Below, in pieces: positions 1 through 7,428 of a stretch of 64,000 bases of DNA. The notes beneath the pieces are model-generated. The model was given only the letters and a program-made list of their open reading frames with translations, had not been told where the DNA came from and ran no database searches. Made by a program: the position numbers and the translations under genes. The DNA is from a virus: positions 1 through 64,000 of the IMG/VR virus record IMGVR_UViG_3300021426_000095, one strand, 5' to 3'. Position 1 is the stretch's first letter. Each line of letters opens with the position of its first letter.

Positions 1-70
1 GTTAGTGAAGCGGTTATCACAATGGTCTGTCTAACCATTATCACGGGTTCGATTCCCGTACGCCTGGCCA
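1..70 (+). tRNA. tRNA-Asp (anticodon GTC), 5' end cut by window edge
   Basis: anticodon arm atggt-ctgtcta-accat (22-38); T-arm acggg-ttcgatt-cccgt (43-59); 3' acceptor acgcctg + g + CCA at 68-70; 5' acceptor strand would lie before position 1. Confidence 0.6.
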
Positions 71-74
71 TATC

Positions 75-159
75 CCGCGGTATTCCGTTAAAGACACGGG
101 GCAGTCTGTAAAACTGTTGCTTTAATGCTGGCTAGGAGCGTTACCTAGACGCGGGACCA
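75..159 (+). tRNA. tRNA-Tyr (GTA), long-variable-arm type, non-canonical T-loop
   Basis: acceptor cccgcgg/acgcggg (one mismatch) + a + CCA 157-159; anticodon arm gcagt-ctgtaaa-actgt; T-arm ctagg-AGCGTTA-cctag lacks the usual TTCRANT loop. Confidence 0.45.
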
Positions 160-160
160 T

Positions 161-235
161 GCGGGAGAAGCTCAACGGTAGAGCACTCGACTCATAATCG
201 ATTGGAAGCAGGTTCAACTCCTGTCTCCCGCACCA
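161..235 (+). tRNA. tRNA-Met or tRNA-Ile2 (anticodon CAT), elongator type
   Basis: acceptor gcgggag/ctcccgc + a + CCA 233-235; D-arm gctc-aacggta-gagc; anticodon loop ctCATaa; T-arm gcagg-ttcaact-cctgt; G1-C72 paired so not initiator-like. Confidence 0.75.
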
Positions 236-258
236 TCTCACTATATAAAGGATTACAT

Positions 259-453
259 ATGGAACAAGTTGATGGATATATAAGTAAAATTTCTTTTGGT
301 GGTAAAACATATGCTCTTAAATGTGAAATTGTAGAAGTATATCCTATAACTTGTCCTAAGTGTGGTGCTTCTTTTGAATTAAAGTATGGTAGTGGTCAAT
401 GTGACCATTGCGGTACTTATTATACAACTCAATTTAAATTAATTGAATCTTAA
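259..453 (+). CDS. small zinc-ribbon protein (CPKCG...CDHCG)
   Basis: ATG 259 preceded by aaagga RBS; two CxxC pairs; sits between tRNAs; TAA stop. Confidence 0.55.
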   Translation: MEQVDGYISKISFGGKTYALKCEIVEVYPITCPKCGASFELKYGSGQCDHCGTYYTTQFKLIES

Positions 454-455
454 GT

Positions 456-537
456 GCGGGTGTGGTGAAATTGGCAAACACGACGGACTCAAAATCCGTT
501 GCCGCAAGGTTTGTGGGTTCGAGTCCCACCATCCGTA
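456..537 (+). tRNA. tRNA-Leu (CAA), type II
   Basis: acceptor gcgggtg/catccgt with two G-U pairs, discriminator a537, no encoded CCA; anticodon arm acgga-ctCAAaa-tccgt; variable arm ccgcaagg; T-arm gtggg-ttcgagt-cccac. Confidence 0.65.
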
Positions 538-595
538 GTTACGAGAATCAGAAACCTCCACGTGGTTCGTAATGGTTAATACTAATATCTGATAT

Positions 596-670
596 TTCCT
601 CTTGGTGTAATTGGTAGCACAAGGGTTTTTGGTGCCCTTAGTTTAGGTTCGAGTCCTGAAGAGGAAGCCA
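596..670 (+). tRNA. tRNA-Gln (TTG)
   Basis: acceptor ttcctct/agaggaa + g + CCA 668-670; D-arm gtgtaattggtagcac; anticodon arm agggt-ttTTGgt-gccct; T-arm ttagg-ttcgagt-cctga. Confidence 0.65.
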
Positions 671-671
671 A

Positions 672-745
672 CGCTATGTAGCTCAAAAGTAGAGCAGGGT
701 GCTGATAACGCCAAGACGGAGGAGCGTTACCTTCCATAGCGACCA
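672..745 (+). tRNA. tRNA-Ile (GAT), non-canonical T-loop
   Basis: acceptor cgctatg/catagcg + a + CCA 743-745; D-arm gctc-aaaagta-gagc; anticodon loop ctGATaa; T-arm ggagg-AGCGTTA-ccttc, same odd loop as the tRNA-Tyr at 75-159. Confidence 0.5.
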
Positions 746-777
746 GAGAAACTACGTTTTGCTAGTGATTGTAGTAA

Positions 778-800
778 ATAGATAAGAGTCATGACCTTAT
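778..800. repeat. imperfect palindrome ATAAGaGTCATGAcCTTAT, copy 1 of 2 (possible operator)
   Basis: perfect palindromic core GTCATGAC; near-identical copy at 1912-1933; both preceded by aaatag. Confidence 0.4.
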
Positions 801-954
801 TAGTCGAACCAATATCGAGCAAAATTAATGACTGCGGTGTGGTGTTTAGTAAGCATACCTTGTATCATGAGCAAGTAGGTGTCCACGGTTGTTTGCCAAG
901 ACGGACCTCCGCGATCAATTAAAAATTAATTAACTCCTACTCAAAAAATTAGCT

Positions 955-983
955 TGACTATCGTTAAACTAATATGTTATAAT
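955..983 (+). promoter_or_regulatory. sigma70-like promoter TTGACT-N17-TGtTATAAT with conserved ATATTTATAAGAAAGAGAGGA leader
   Basis: -35 955-960, extended -10 975-983; leader+RBS runs into ATG 1011. Confidence 0.6.
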
Positions 984-1010
984 ATATTTATAAGAAAGAG
1001 AGGAGCTAAT

Positions 1011-1181
1011 ATGAAAAGGGTTATATATAATATCTATTCTCCTGTTGGAAAACATGTCAAGACTTGTCTTAATCTTCGTCAGGCTAAGAAAGTTCTTAAG
1101 AAGTATAATTCAAATATCCCTTCTTGGCATTATGATGAACTTTATACGATGAGTGCAGAGGTTGTTTATGTCAATTCTTAA
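1011..1181 (+). CDS. hypothetical small protein
   Basis: ATG 1011 after gagaggag RBS and the conserved promoter+leader; the ORF-track start at 954 is a TTG inside the promoter. Confidence 0.5.
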   Translation: MKRVIYNIYSPVGKHVKTCLNLRQAKKVLKKYNSNIPSWHYDELYTMSAEVVYVNS

Positions 1182-1350
1182 AGAATATGTTGTTTGTGAA
1201 AAAAATATAGATAATGTTGTTAGTTATTATATTATTAGAGCAAATGCCAATTGCGGCTATCCTCCTTCAAGGATACTTGCAGATTTTGATACTTTTGAAG
1301 AAGCTCGTGAATATATAAAATATTTAGAAGATTCATTAAAGAATGAATAA
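1168..1350 (+). CDS. hypothetical protein, paralog of 1418..1615 (LKEYVVCxE...F.TxEEA.EYI.YL)
   Basis: ATG 1168; shares motif LKEYVVCE/D with the next gene. Confidence 0.5.
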   Translation: MSILKEYVVCEKNIDNVVSYYIIRANANCGYPPSRILADFDTFEEAREYIKYLEDSLKNE

Positions 1351-1417
1351 AAAATAATTCTTTACAAAAACTCAATTTCATTATATAATATATATAAAAT
1401 TGAGGAAGGAATTAAAA

Positions 1418-1615
1418 ATGCAACTTAAAGAATATGTTGTTTGTGATGAACAAATTAACGGTTTTTACTGTGGCTATTATAGTATTCGTAGTATTCATGA
1501 TAGTCTTTCTTCAAGATTTAGAATAATGGCTAGTTTTAATACATATGAAGAAGCAAATGAATATATAGATTATTTGCGGCATCCAGAAGATTATTTTAAC
1601 CATGATGATGATTAG
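1418..1615 (+). CDS. hypothetical protein, paralog of 1168..1350
   Basis: ATG 1418 after ggaagga RBS; upstream ttacaa ... tataat promoter-like sequence. Confidence 0.5.
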   Translation: MQLKEYVVCDEQINGFYCGYYSIRSIHDSLSSRFRIMASFNTYEEANEYIDYLRHPEDYFNHDDD

Positions 1616-1616
1616 C

Positions 1617-1810
1617 ACCTTGTGTTGCGGGTGGTAGGGATAGTGACCTAGTTAGCCTCATAAGCTAAAAAATATCAGAGCGTAACTGATACCCGCGACA
1701 CAGGGTAGCTGCAGACCTGTTCGATAAAGTTCAAAAAGGCAGCAGAGAGATGAAGGGTGAAACCGGATAATAGATACAATGCCTGAACTGCTAAAGTATC
1801 TTTCTCTCTT
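1617..1810 (+). ncRNA. structured RNA-like element of unknown family
   Basis: 16-bp long-range helix 1617-1632/1691-1706 enclosing about 58 nt; further nested helices gctgc/gcagc and gagaga/tctctc; contains gggtgaaacc; no ORF; directly upstream of tRNA-Asn. Confidence 0.3.
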
Positions 1811-1818
1811 AATTTTAT

Positions 1819-1892
1819 TCCCGGTTCGTTCAACGGCAGGACGCGACACTGTTAATGTCGTTATACTGATTCGAATCCAGTACTGGGAGCCA
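1819..1892 (+). tRNA. tRNA-Asn (GTT)
   Basis: acceptor tcccggt/actggga with one G-U + g + CCA 1890-1892; anticodon arm cgaca-ctGTTaa-tgtcg; T-loop ttcgaat. Confidence 0.7.
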
Positions 1893-1911
1893 CGTTAAAT
1901 ACCCGACCAAA

Positions 1912-1933
1912 ATAGATAAGAAGTCATGAGCTT
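1912..1933. repeat. imperfect palindrome ATAAGaaGTCATGAgCTTAT, copy 2 of 2
   Basis: second copy of the 778-800 motif, again preceded by aaatag. Confidence 0.4.
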
Positions 1934-2000
1934 ATTGAAAAGTGAATCCACACCACCTGTTTGGTCGGTTATTCATTAGTGTGGAGAAAGTGTGGTAATT

Positions 2001-2420
2001 ATGAATAGTAAAACCAAAGGTAATATTTCTGAAGCTAAAGCATTATTTGAATTTCAACGTCGTAATATTCCGGTAGCTCTTCCTTGAGGAGACAATGAAC
2101 GTTACGACATGATTGCTGAATTTGGTGGTAAATTAAATCGTATTCAAGTAAAAACTGCAAATGAAGAGAAAAATGGAAGTATTAGATGTTATTGTAGAAG
2201 TTCAAAAAATCATACTACTAATAAATCTTTAAGTACCTATGAAAATGATGTAGACTATTTTGTATTTTATAACCAAAATAGAGATATAATTGCTTTAGTA
2301 CCGATTAAAGATATTGGTAACTGTCAGACTATTTCTTTAAGGATTGAGCCAACTAAAAATGGACAAACTTCAGGAATAAAATTTTTTAAAGATTATAATT
2401 TTGATAATATTCTGCCGTAG
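2001..2420 (+). CDS. PD-(D/E)xK-type nuclease-like protein (possible freestanding homing endonuclease), one in-frame TGA
   Basis: ATG 2001; in-frame TGA at 2085-2087 (LP*GDNERYDMIAEFGGK...RIQVK looks like an E/D...K nuclease core); embedded in the tRNA array; TAG stop. Confidence 0.5.
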
Positions 2421-2639
2421 CTTAGAGGAAAAGCAGAGGACTTTTAAAAATAGGAGCCTTATAAGGAAACTTATAAGTGAACAGCTCGCTAAGTCGGTGA
2501 AACCTGTAAAATGGCAATACCGAGCAAGGGAAACCGTGTGTAGAGACTTTACACGAGCCACCTAAGTTTTATAATATGGTGAAGATAAAGTCCAGACCAC
2601 AAACAGAAATGGCTATGAAAATAGTAGTGGTATGTAATC

Positions 2640-2675
2640 CTAAGACCGTGGGTTCGAGTCCCACCGGCAGAACCA
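2640..2675 (+). other. tRNA-like 3' element (T-arm + acceptor 3' strand + CCA) with no identifiable 5' partner
   Basis: gtggg-ttcgagt-cccac then cggcaga + a + CCA 2673-2675; no complementary 5' acceptor strand within 250 nt upstream; upstream 2421-2640 has no ORF and contains hairpins. Confidence 0.3.
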
Positions 2676-2677
2676 AT

Positions 2678-2753
2678 ACCGAGTTAGCTTAATTGGCAAA
2701 GCGCGACACTCTTAATGTCGGAGATGTGGGATCGTGGCCCATGCTCGGTACCA
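2678..2753 (+). tRNA. tRNA-Lys (CTT)
   Basis: acceptor accgagt/gctcggt + a + CCA 2751-2753; D-arm gctt-aattggca-aagc; anticodon arm cgaca-ctCTTaa-tgtcg; T-arm gtggg-atcgtgg-cccat (unusual loop). Confidence 0.6.
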
Positions 2754-2763
2754 AACAACAAAC

Positions 2764-2840
2764 ATCCGTGTCGTATAATTGGAAGTATAGCTTGACTCCA
2801 AATCAAGAAGGCGTCTGTTCGATTCGGACTGCGGGTGCCA
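2764..2840 (+). tRNA. tRNA-Trp (CCA), canonical type I
   Basis: acceptor atccgtg/tgcgggt with G-U pairs + g + CCA 2838-2840; anticodon arm cttga-ctCCAaa-tcaag; T-arm gtctg-ttcgatt-cggac. Confidence 0.7.
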
Positions 2841-2848
2841 TATAATAA

Positions 2849-2924
2849 GCCGCATTAGCTCAAGAGGAAGAGCCACAGTCTTCTAAACTGTTTGTTATAG
2901 GTTCAAGTCCTATATGCGGCGCCA
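2849..2924 (+). tRNA. tRNA-Arg (TCT)
   Basis: acceptor gccgcat/atgcggc + g + CCA 2922-2924; D-arm gctc-aagaggaa-gagc; anticodon arm acagt-ctTCTaa-actgt; T-arm atagg-ttcaagt-cctat. Confidence 0.75.
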
Positions 2925-2943
2925 GTTAATTAAGGTAGGTAAA

Positions 2944-3291
2944 ATGTATACTATTGAAAATAATAACATTAGTCTTACTCGTGGAGACACTTTAATTGTA
3001 CAAATAAATATTAAACAAGATGGTAGTGATTATATCCCTGATTCTGGGGATATAATCTATTTTGCTTTAAAACACAATACTATGGATAGTAAAAGAGAAC
3101 GGTATCTTGATAAAGAACCGCTAATTTTAAAAATGATTCCAAATGATACTCTTATTTTAAGATTAGAATCTGTAGAAACAAAGAATCTTGCTTTTGGACG
3201 ATATGTTTATGAAATTGAGCTTACAAAAGAAGATGGTACTGTAGATACTTTCATTTCTGGTATATTTACATTGACTCCAGAGGTAAATTAA
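2944..3291 (+). CDS. hypothetical protein
   Basis: ATG 2944 after aaggtaggt RBS; the ORF-track start 2914 lies inside tRNA-Arg. Confidence 0.5.
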   Translation: MYTIENNNISLTRGDTLIVQINIKQDGSDYIPDSGDIIYFALKHNTMDSKRERYLDKEPLILKMIPNDTLILRLESVETKNLAFGRYVYEIELTKEDGTVDTFISGIFTLTPEVN

Positions 3292-3292
3292 A

Positions 3293-3586
3293 ATGAGTTT
3301 AAATAAAATTAATTTAACTGGTTATCTTAATGACAGTAAATCTTTAAGTGGCTCAATAACAAGTTTACAAAATTTAGAAGGTAGTTTAAGTTCTATTAAT
3401 AAAGAATTGATTAATATACCTTCTGATTCCATTAGAACACAAATTAAAACAGTAACATCATCTATTTCAAAACAAACAATTGTACCAGATGAAGGATATA
3501 ATTATTTATCTAGAGTAATTGTAGAAGGTATTCCATATAAGAAAATTTTTAATGAAGCTGGCGGTATAACTATTAAGATAGGATAA
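3293..3586 (+). CDS. hypothetical Ser/Thr-rich protein
   Basis: tightly packed ORF (2 nt after upstream stop). Confidence 0.45.
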   Translation: MSLNKINLTGYLNDSKSLSGSITSLQNLEGSLSSINKELINIPSDSIRTQIKTVTSSISKQTIVPDEGYNYLSRVIVEGIPYKKIFNEAGGITIKIG

Positions 3587-3589
3587 TTT

Positions 3590-4090
3590 ATGAAAGTAAA
3601 TAAAGTATATTATGGAAATCAATTACTTGTTGATTTAACTGATGCTACAGTTTCAGAAAAACAATTATTAAAAGATGTTATTGCATATGGCGCTGATGGA
3701 GAAAAAGTAATTGGTACAAATAACACGATGGCACTTTCACCAATTGAATATGATTATAACATAGGCTATATAGAATATGATTCTTTATGGAAATACCAAA
3801 GTCCAATAGATACTTATACTGATATTTATAAAGTTCAAAGCGGGCATAGATATTTTATTAGTTTAGGAAAAAATATTGGTACTCGTTTTCGTGCAATGTT
3901 TTGTCCTTTAGATGTTAGAAACAGGACAGAAGACTTATCGGGTCAATTTATTATTTATGATAATGCGCCAACCCCATATCAAAATGTTTCTCAAGAATCT
4001 CCTTGGGATGGTTATTTACTTATTTCAAAAGATCATATCGGTAAAACAGGACTTATTAGTTACGTATATGATACTACTAATTGGGTATAA
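3590..4090 (+). CDS. hypothetical protein
   Basis: ORF with RBS gataggataattt; packed operon. Confidence 0.5.
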   Translation: MKVNKVYYGNQLLVDLTDATVSEKQLLKDVIAYGADGEKVIGTNNTMALSPIEYDYNIGYIEYDSLWKYQSPIDTYTDIYKVQSGHRYFISLGKNIGTRFRAMFCPLDVRNRTEDLSGQFIIYDNAPTPYQNVSQESPWDGYLLISKDHIGKTGLISYVYDTTNWV

Positions 4091-4288
4091 ATGGAGAATT
4101 TAATAATGTTTAATTTTTTAAAACGCAAACAAACTGATCCTTATGAATATAAAATGCTTTGTAAAAATTGTGATATTTTTTTTAAACGAAAAAATCCTAA
4201 AGAAAAGAGATGCCCTGCGTGTAATCAGTTTAGTAGAGTAGAAACTTATAGTCTTATTAATAAAGAAACCGGTCAGGAGATTAGATAA
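4091..4288 (+). CDS. small zinc-ribbon protein (CKNC...CPAC)
   Basis: two CxxC pairs; overlapping stop/start with neighbours. Confidence 0.5.
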   Translation: MENLIMFNFLKRKQTDPYEYKMLCKNCDIFFKRKNPKEKRCPACNQFSRVETYSLINKETGQEIR

Positions 4289-4521
4289 TGAGAATTATTA
4301 AAGAAGGTGTAATACCTAATATTGAATATATCTTTACGTGTAGTTATTGTAATTGTGAATTTGCAGTAACCGAAATAGAATTAATTAATAATAATCCTTT
4401 TTCAGATAAAAATTCTTATTCATGCCCAACTTGTCATAAAAATGTATATAATCCTGAAAAACATATTGTAGAAGAAGAAACATCAGAACCTTCTACTGAA
4501 GATGAAACGGTAAATCCATAA
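4288..4521 (+). CDS. small zinc-ribbon protein (CSYCNC...CPTC)
   Basis: CxxC pairs; ATGA overlap with upstream gene. Confidence 0.5.
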   Translation: MRIIKEGVIPNIEYIFTCSYCNCEFAVTEIELINNNPFSDKNSYSCPTCHKNVYNPEKHIVEEETSEPSTEDETVNP

Positions 4522-4709
4522 TGAAACGAGAAAATATAAAATTTGATTGTCATAAATGTAATCATTCATTTATAGCAACACCACAAGAATATAAAACTAT
4601 ATTTTGACATGGAGATATTATTAAAGAAGGATATTGTCCAATTTGTGGTGCAGTTAATCAGCTTAATACCACAAGAGGATTTTGAGGTTCTAACGGAGGA
4701 AAATTTTAA
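4521..4709 (+). CDS. small zinc-ribbon protein with 2 in-frame TGA codons
   Basis: MKRENIKFDCHKCNH...F*HGD...CPICG...GF*GSNGGKF; taATG overlap at 4519-4523; TAA stop 4707-4709. Confidence 0.45.
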
Positions 4710-4845
4710 TATATTGCAACAATAAGTAAAGGTATTACTAATTATTATATAGTTTAGTAATATAAACAAATGCCTGTTCGACTCAGGCTCGGTCCATCTA
4801 CGGGCTGATCGTTTAAGTGCGGCAAGACTTGTTTTAGAATATTTG

Positions 4846-4875
4846 TTGACAGTTGTTCAATTTTTATGCTATAAT
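4846..4875 (+). promoter_or_regulatory. promoter TTGACA-N18-TGcTATAAT driving a short (~90 nt) leader-like transcript
   Basis: -35 4846-4851, -10 4870-4875; transcript begins ataaggtaagggaga and contains ttgttcgaatcaa and the hairpin ccatc-tga-gatgg. Confidence 0.55.
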
Positions 4876-4972
4876 ATATACATAAGGTAAGGGAGATGAT
4901 TGTTCGAATCAATTGCTGTCCATCTGAGATGGCTAGTTTAAAAGGAAAAATAACCGAACCTTAAATTTTTAA

Positions 4973-5002
4973 TTGACAATTAAATAAAAAATATGATATA
5001 AT
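4973..5002 (+). promoter_or_regulatory. promoter TTGACA-N18-TGaTATAAT driving non-coding RNA
   Basis: -35 4973-4978, -10 4997-5002; followed by aaaagggagag and about 400 nt of non-coding sequence up to the tRNA-like element at 5393. Confidence 0.55.
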
Positions 5003-5392
5003 ATAAATATAGAAAAGGGAGAGTTAAACATTCTCGCCAATATCAACTGGGAGTATGACTGCAGAAACTGCCCAGAGAGACGGCCTAGACGCAGGTGTGG
5101 GAAGTGGTGCCACATAGCGAAAAACGAGAGTGGGGAGTAGCTACCCCAGGAATTGGTCGGGATACAACGAAAAGGCTCGTACCGAGTAAACCTAAGTCGA
5201 AGGTAAGAATGTTTAACTATTCGTTTTCTAAAACGAAGTACGAAAGAGATGGATTCTCCATTCTCATATAAGGTTGATAGTCCTTTCAAACTAAACTATC
5301 AAAGTCGGCACGAAACGTTAACATCACATTAGCCGACTATAAAAAAGAAGAATGGTGATAGTTTCATAGCACGGGTGAAAGTAAACTGGAGA

Positions 5393-5465
5393 TAGCTGGT
5401 GGTGTAATTGGTCAGCATCGGCCCGCAAGGGCTAGGGTATTGGTTCGAATCCAATCTGGCTATCC
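5393..5465 (+). ncRNA. tRNA-like RNA with the anticodon arm replaced by a GCAA-capped helix (tRNA-Gln-derived?)
   Basis: acceptor tagctgg/ctggcta; U8-G9; D-arm gtgtaattggtcagc almost identical to the tRNA-Gln D-arm at 603-618; T-arm attgg-ttcgaat-ccaat; the middle arm is ggccc-GCAA-gggct, a 4-nt tetraloop, so no anticodon; no CCA. Confidence 0.4.
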
Positions 5466-6000
5466 GTGAAGGGTGATGGAACCAGGAAGATAAAGATCAT
5501 TGGTGTATAGTGTTCGCTTGCGGCAGTCCTCTTCAACGAAAGTCGTGTCGTCATTCTACTGCGGAAGGTAGTTTGTCCAATATGTCCTGATGACGTTAAA
5601 AGCTGAGCGTATAGTGAAAGACTGACGGGTTGAGTAGCGGCGTAAGGGTTTTCTTATGCTTTCTTTTCCAACAATGCTTTCTAGATAAGCAGCCACATAA
5701 TAAGTGGTATAAAGAAAGCGCCAAATAATTGGGGTATATGAGTCGCGAGCGAGAAGCAGAACCCCACAGGATGGTAACAGGTTCGATTGAATGCTGAAGC
5801 TCATGCGAACTCGGTAAGCGAGCTAGGGTGTAAATGGTAGACTCTCCGAGTATATAGTCAGAACAGACAATAAAATCGTTGGGTTCGTGGACATAGGCAA
5901 AGAGCTTCCTACCAACTGAATATCAAGGAAGGGGTTTTTCCAAGCGGCAGGTTGCGAGTCCTGAAAAAGTGCGTAAAGGCGCCACCCGCATTTATTTTAT

Positions 6001-6080
6001 GCACATATGGCGGAGTCTGGTCAATCGCAACGGCCTGCAAAGCCGTACAATCGTTAGTTCAAATCTAACTATGTGCTCCA
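6001..6080 (+). tRNA. tRNA-Cys (GCA)
   Basis: acceptor gcacata/tatgtgc + t + CCA 6078-6080; anticodon arm acggc-ctGCAaa-gccgt; T-arm gttag-ttcaaat-ctaac. Confidence 0.75.
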
Positions 6081-6084
6081 TTAT

Positions 6085-6178
6085 GGAGAGTTGGCCGAGT
6101 AGGTCGATGGCGCTCGCCTGCTAAGCGAGTATACAGTGTTAAGCTGTATCCAGGGTTCGAATCCCTGACTCTCCGCCA
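6085..6178 (+). tRNA. tRNA-Ser (GCT), type II
   Basis: acceptor ggagagt/actctcc + g + CCA 6176-6178; anticodon arm ctcgc-ctGCTaa-gcgag; long variable arm tatacagtgttaagctgtatc; T-arm cagggttcgaatccctg. Confidence 0.8.
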
Positions 6179-6316
6179 GAAAATTTTTATCAAAATATAA
6201 TAAAATATTTAAGCTAATTTTTATATATAATAACAAAGTCCAAGATGTTTTCACATTCGCAAATTATGACTTAAAACTGTCCCCAAATGTGAGCCTTATA
6301 ACAATGATGTTATTAT

Positions 6317-6351
6317 GGGGATAGCTATATTTTGGCTATCCCCATTTTTTG
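6317..6351 (+). terminator. rho-independent terminator closing the tRNA/ncRNA block
   Basis: ggggatagc-tatattttg-gctatcccc followed by attttttg. Confidence 0.6.
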
Positions 6352-6375
6352 TATATAAGGCGGAAAGGAGGAATC

Positions 6376-7428
6376 GTGTATAACATTGGATTTTATGGTG
6401 GTAAATTTCTTCCATTCCACAAGGGCCACTTACATTGTATTTTAAGAGCAGCATCACAATGTAATAAGTTATATGTTGTTATTATGTACAATGGAAGAGA
6501 AGAGCTAGAAGCTCTTTCCCAAGAGACTAAGTTTGGTAATAAATACCTTACTCCACACATTAGAGAATTGGCTATTCGTAAAGAATTAAAACCTTTTCCT
6601 AATATCGAAGTTATCATGTATGACACTAAACCTGCAGATGATAAAGCTGAGCAAGAAGGCAAAGATCTATGGTATTATGAATGTCAAGACATGATAGCAT
6701 TAATGGGTAAATTTGATGCCGCATATTCAAGTGAACCAAAGTATGATATTTTATTTAAACAATATTATCCTTGGGCAGATTCAATTATTTTAGATGAATG
6801 CCGCAATGATATTAATATTTCTGGCACTCAATTAAGAAATATGAATATTAAGCAGGCATATCAATATTTACCTAGAAGTTATCAGCAACTAATTAATCGA
6901 AAAGTATTATTTGTTGGAACCTGTTCTTGCGGGAAGACTACAACAATACAAAAACTTGCTAAATATTATAACACAAGTTACTCAGAAGAGCAAGGCCGCA
7001 AAGTAAGTGAAAATTTTAATATTCATAGCCCAGGCTCAGAATGGTATAATCAATTTGTATGTCAACAATATATGGCTAATGCTAAAGCTGTTGAAGATGC
7101 TAATTTAGTTGCTCTCTTGGATACTGATGCTTTGATTACTAGATTTTATAATGATTTATATGAAGATTCCCCTCTTCCAGCCGCTGAAGCTATTGCAGCA
7201 GACAATAAATATGATTTAATATTATTCTTTGAACCAACTGTTCCCTTTGTACATGATGGTATGAGAACTGAAAGAGAAAATGCTCAACGATGGGAATTAA
7301 GTCATAAATTAAAAAATACTTTCTTTCAATATTATGATAATATTAAAGTTCTTTCAGGAACCTATGAAGAGAATTATTTAAATGCTATTAAATATATTGA
7401 TGAAATGTTGGAGGGTTCAAATGAATAA
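6376..7428 (+). CDS. nadR: NadR-like bifunctional NMN adenylyltransferase / ribosylnicotinamide kinase
   Basis: GTG 6376 after aaggagga RBS; N-terminal GGKFLPFHKGH (HxGH nucleotidyltransferase motif); C-terminal P-loop GTCSCGKTT; no TGA codons. Confidence 0.7.
   Translation: MYNIGFYGGKFLPFHKGHLHCILRAASQCNKLYVVIMYNGREELEALSQETKFGNKYLTPHIRELAIRKELKPFPNIEVIMYDTKPADDKAEQEGKDLWYYECQDMIALMGKFDAAYSSEPKYDILFKQYYPWADSIILDECRNDINISGTQLRNMNIKQAYQYLPRSYQQLINRKVLFVGTCSCGKTTTIQKLAKYYNTSYSEEQGRKVSENFNIHSPGSEWYNQFVCQQYMANAKAVEDANLVALLDTDALITRFYNDLYEDSPLPAAEAIAADNKYDLILFFEPTVPFVHDGMRTERENAQRWELSHKLKNTFFQYYDNIKVLSGTYEENYLNAIKYIDEMLEGSNE

Larger units (their letters stand above)
4770..5990 (+). other. about 1.2 kb non-coding, highly structured RNA region between tRNAs (family not recognised)
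   Basis: no credible ORF; two strong promoters (4846, 4973); many GC hairpins; T-loop-like ttcgaatc motifs at 4896, 5444, 5784; gggtgaaag at 5373; the listed minus-strand ORFs here are shadows. Confidence 0.35.

Noticed and set aside
122-5804. Minus-strand ORFs 122..310, 1658..1849, 2370..2561, 4566..4769, 4969..5289, 5556..5804 in the tRNA/ncRNA region
   Set aside because: They overlap well-folded tRNAs or ORF-free structured RNA, have no RBS or promoter, and run antisense to the tRNA transcription direction; judged to be chance ORFs.
4770-5990. tmRNA (ssrA) or RNase P RNA in the structured region
   Set aside because: I could not find a GGGG...CCACCA acceptor pair, a tag-peptide ORF ending ...ALAA-stop, or the RNase P CR-I/CR-V consensus stretches; left unassigned pending a covariance-model search.
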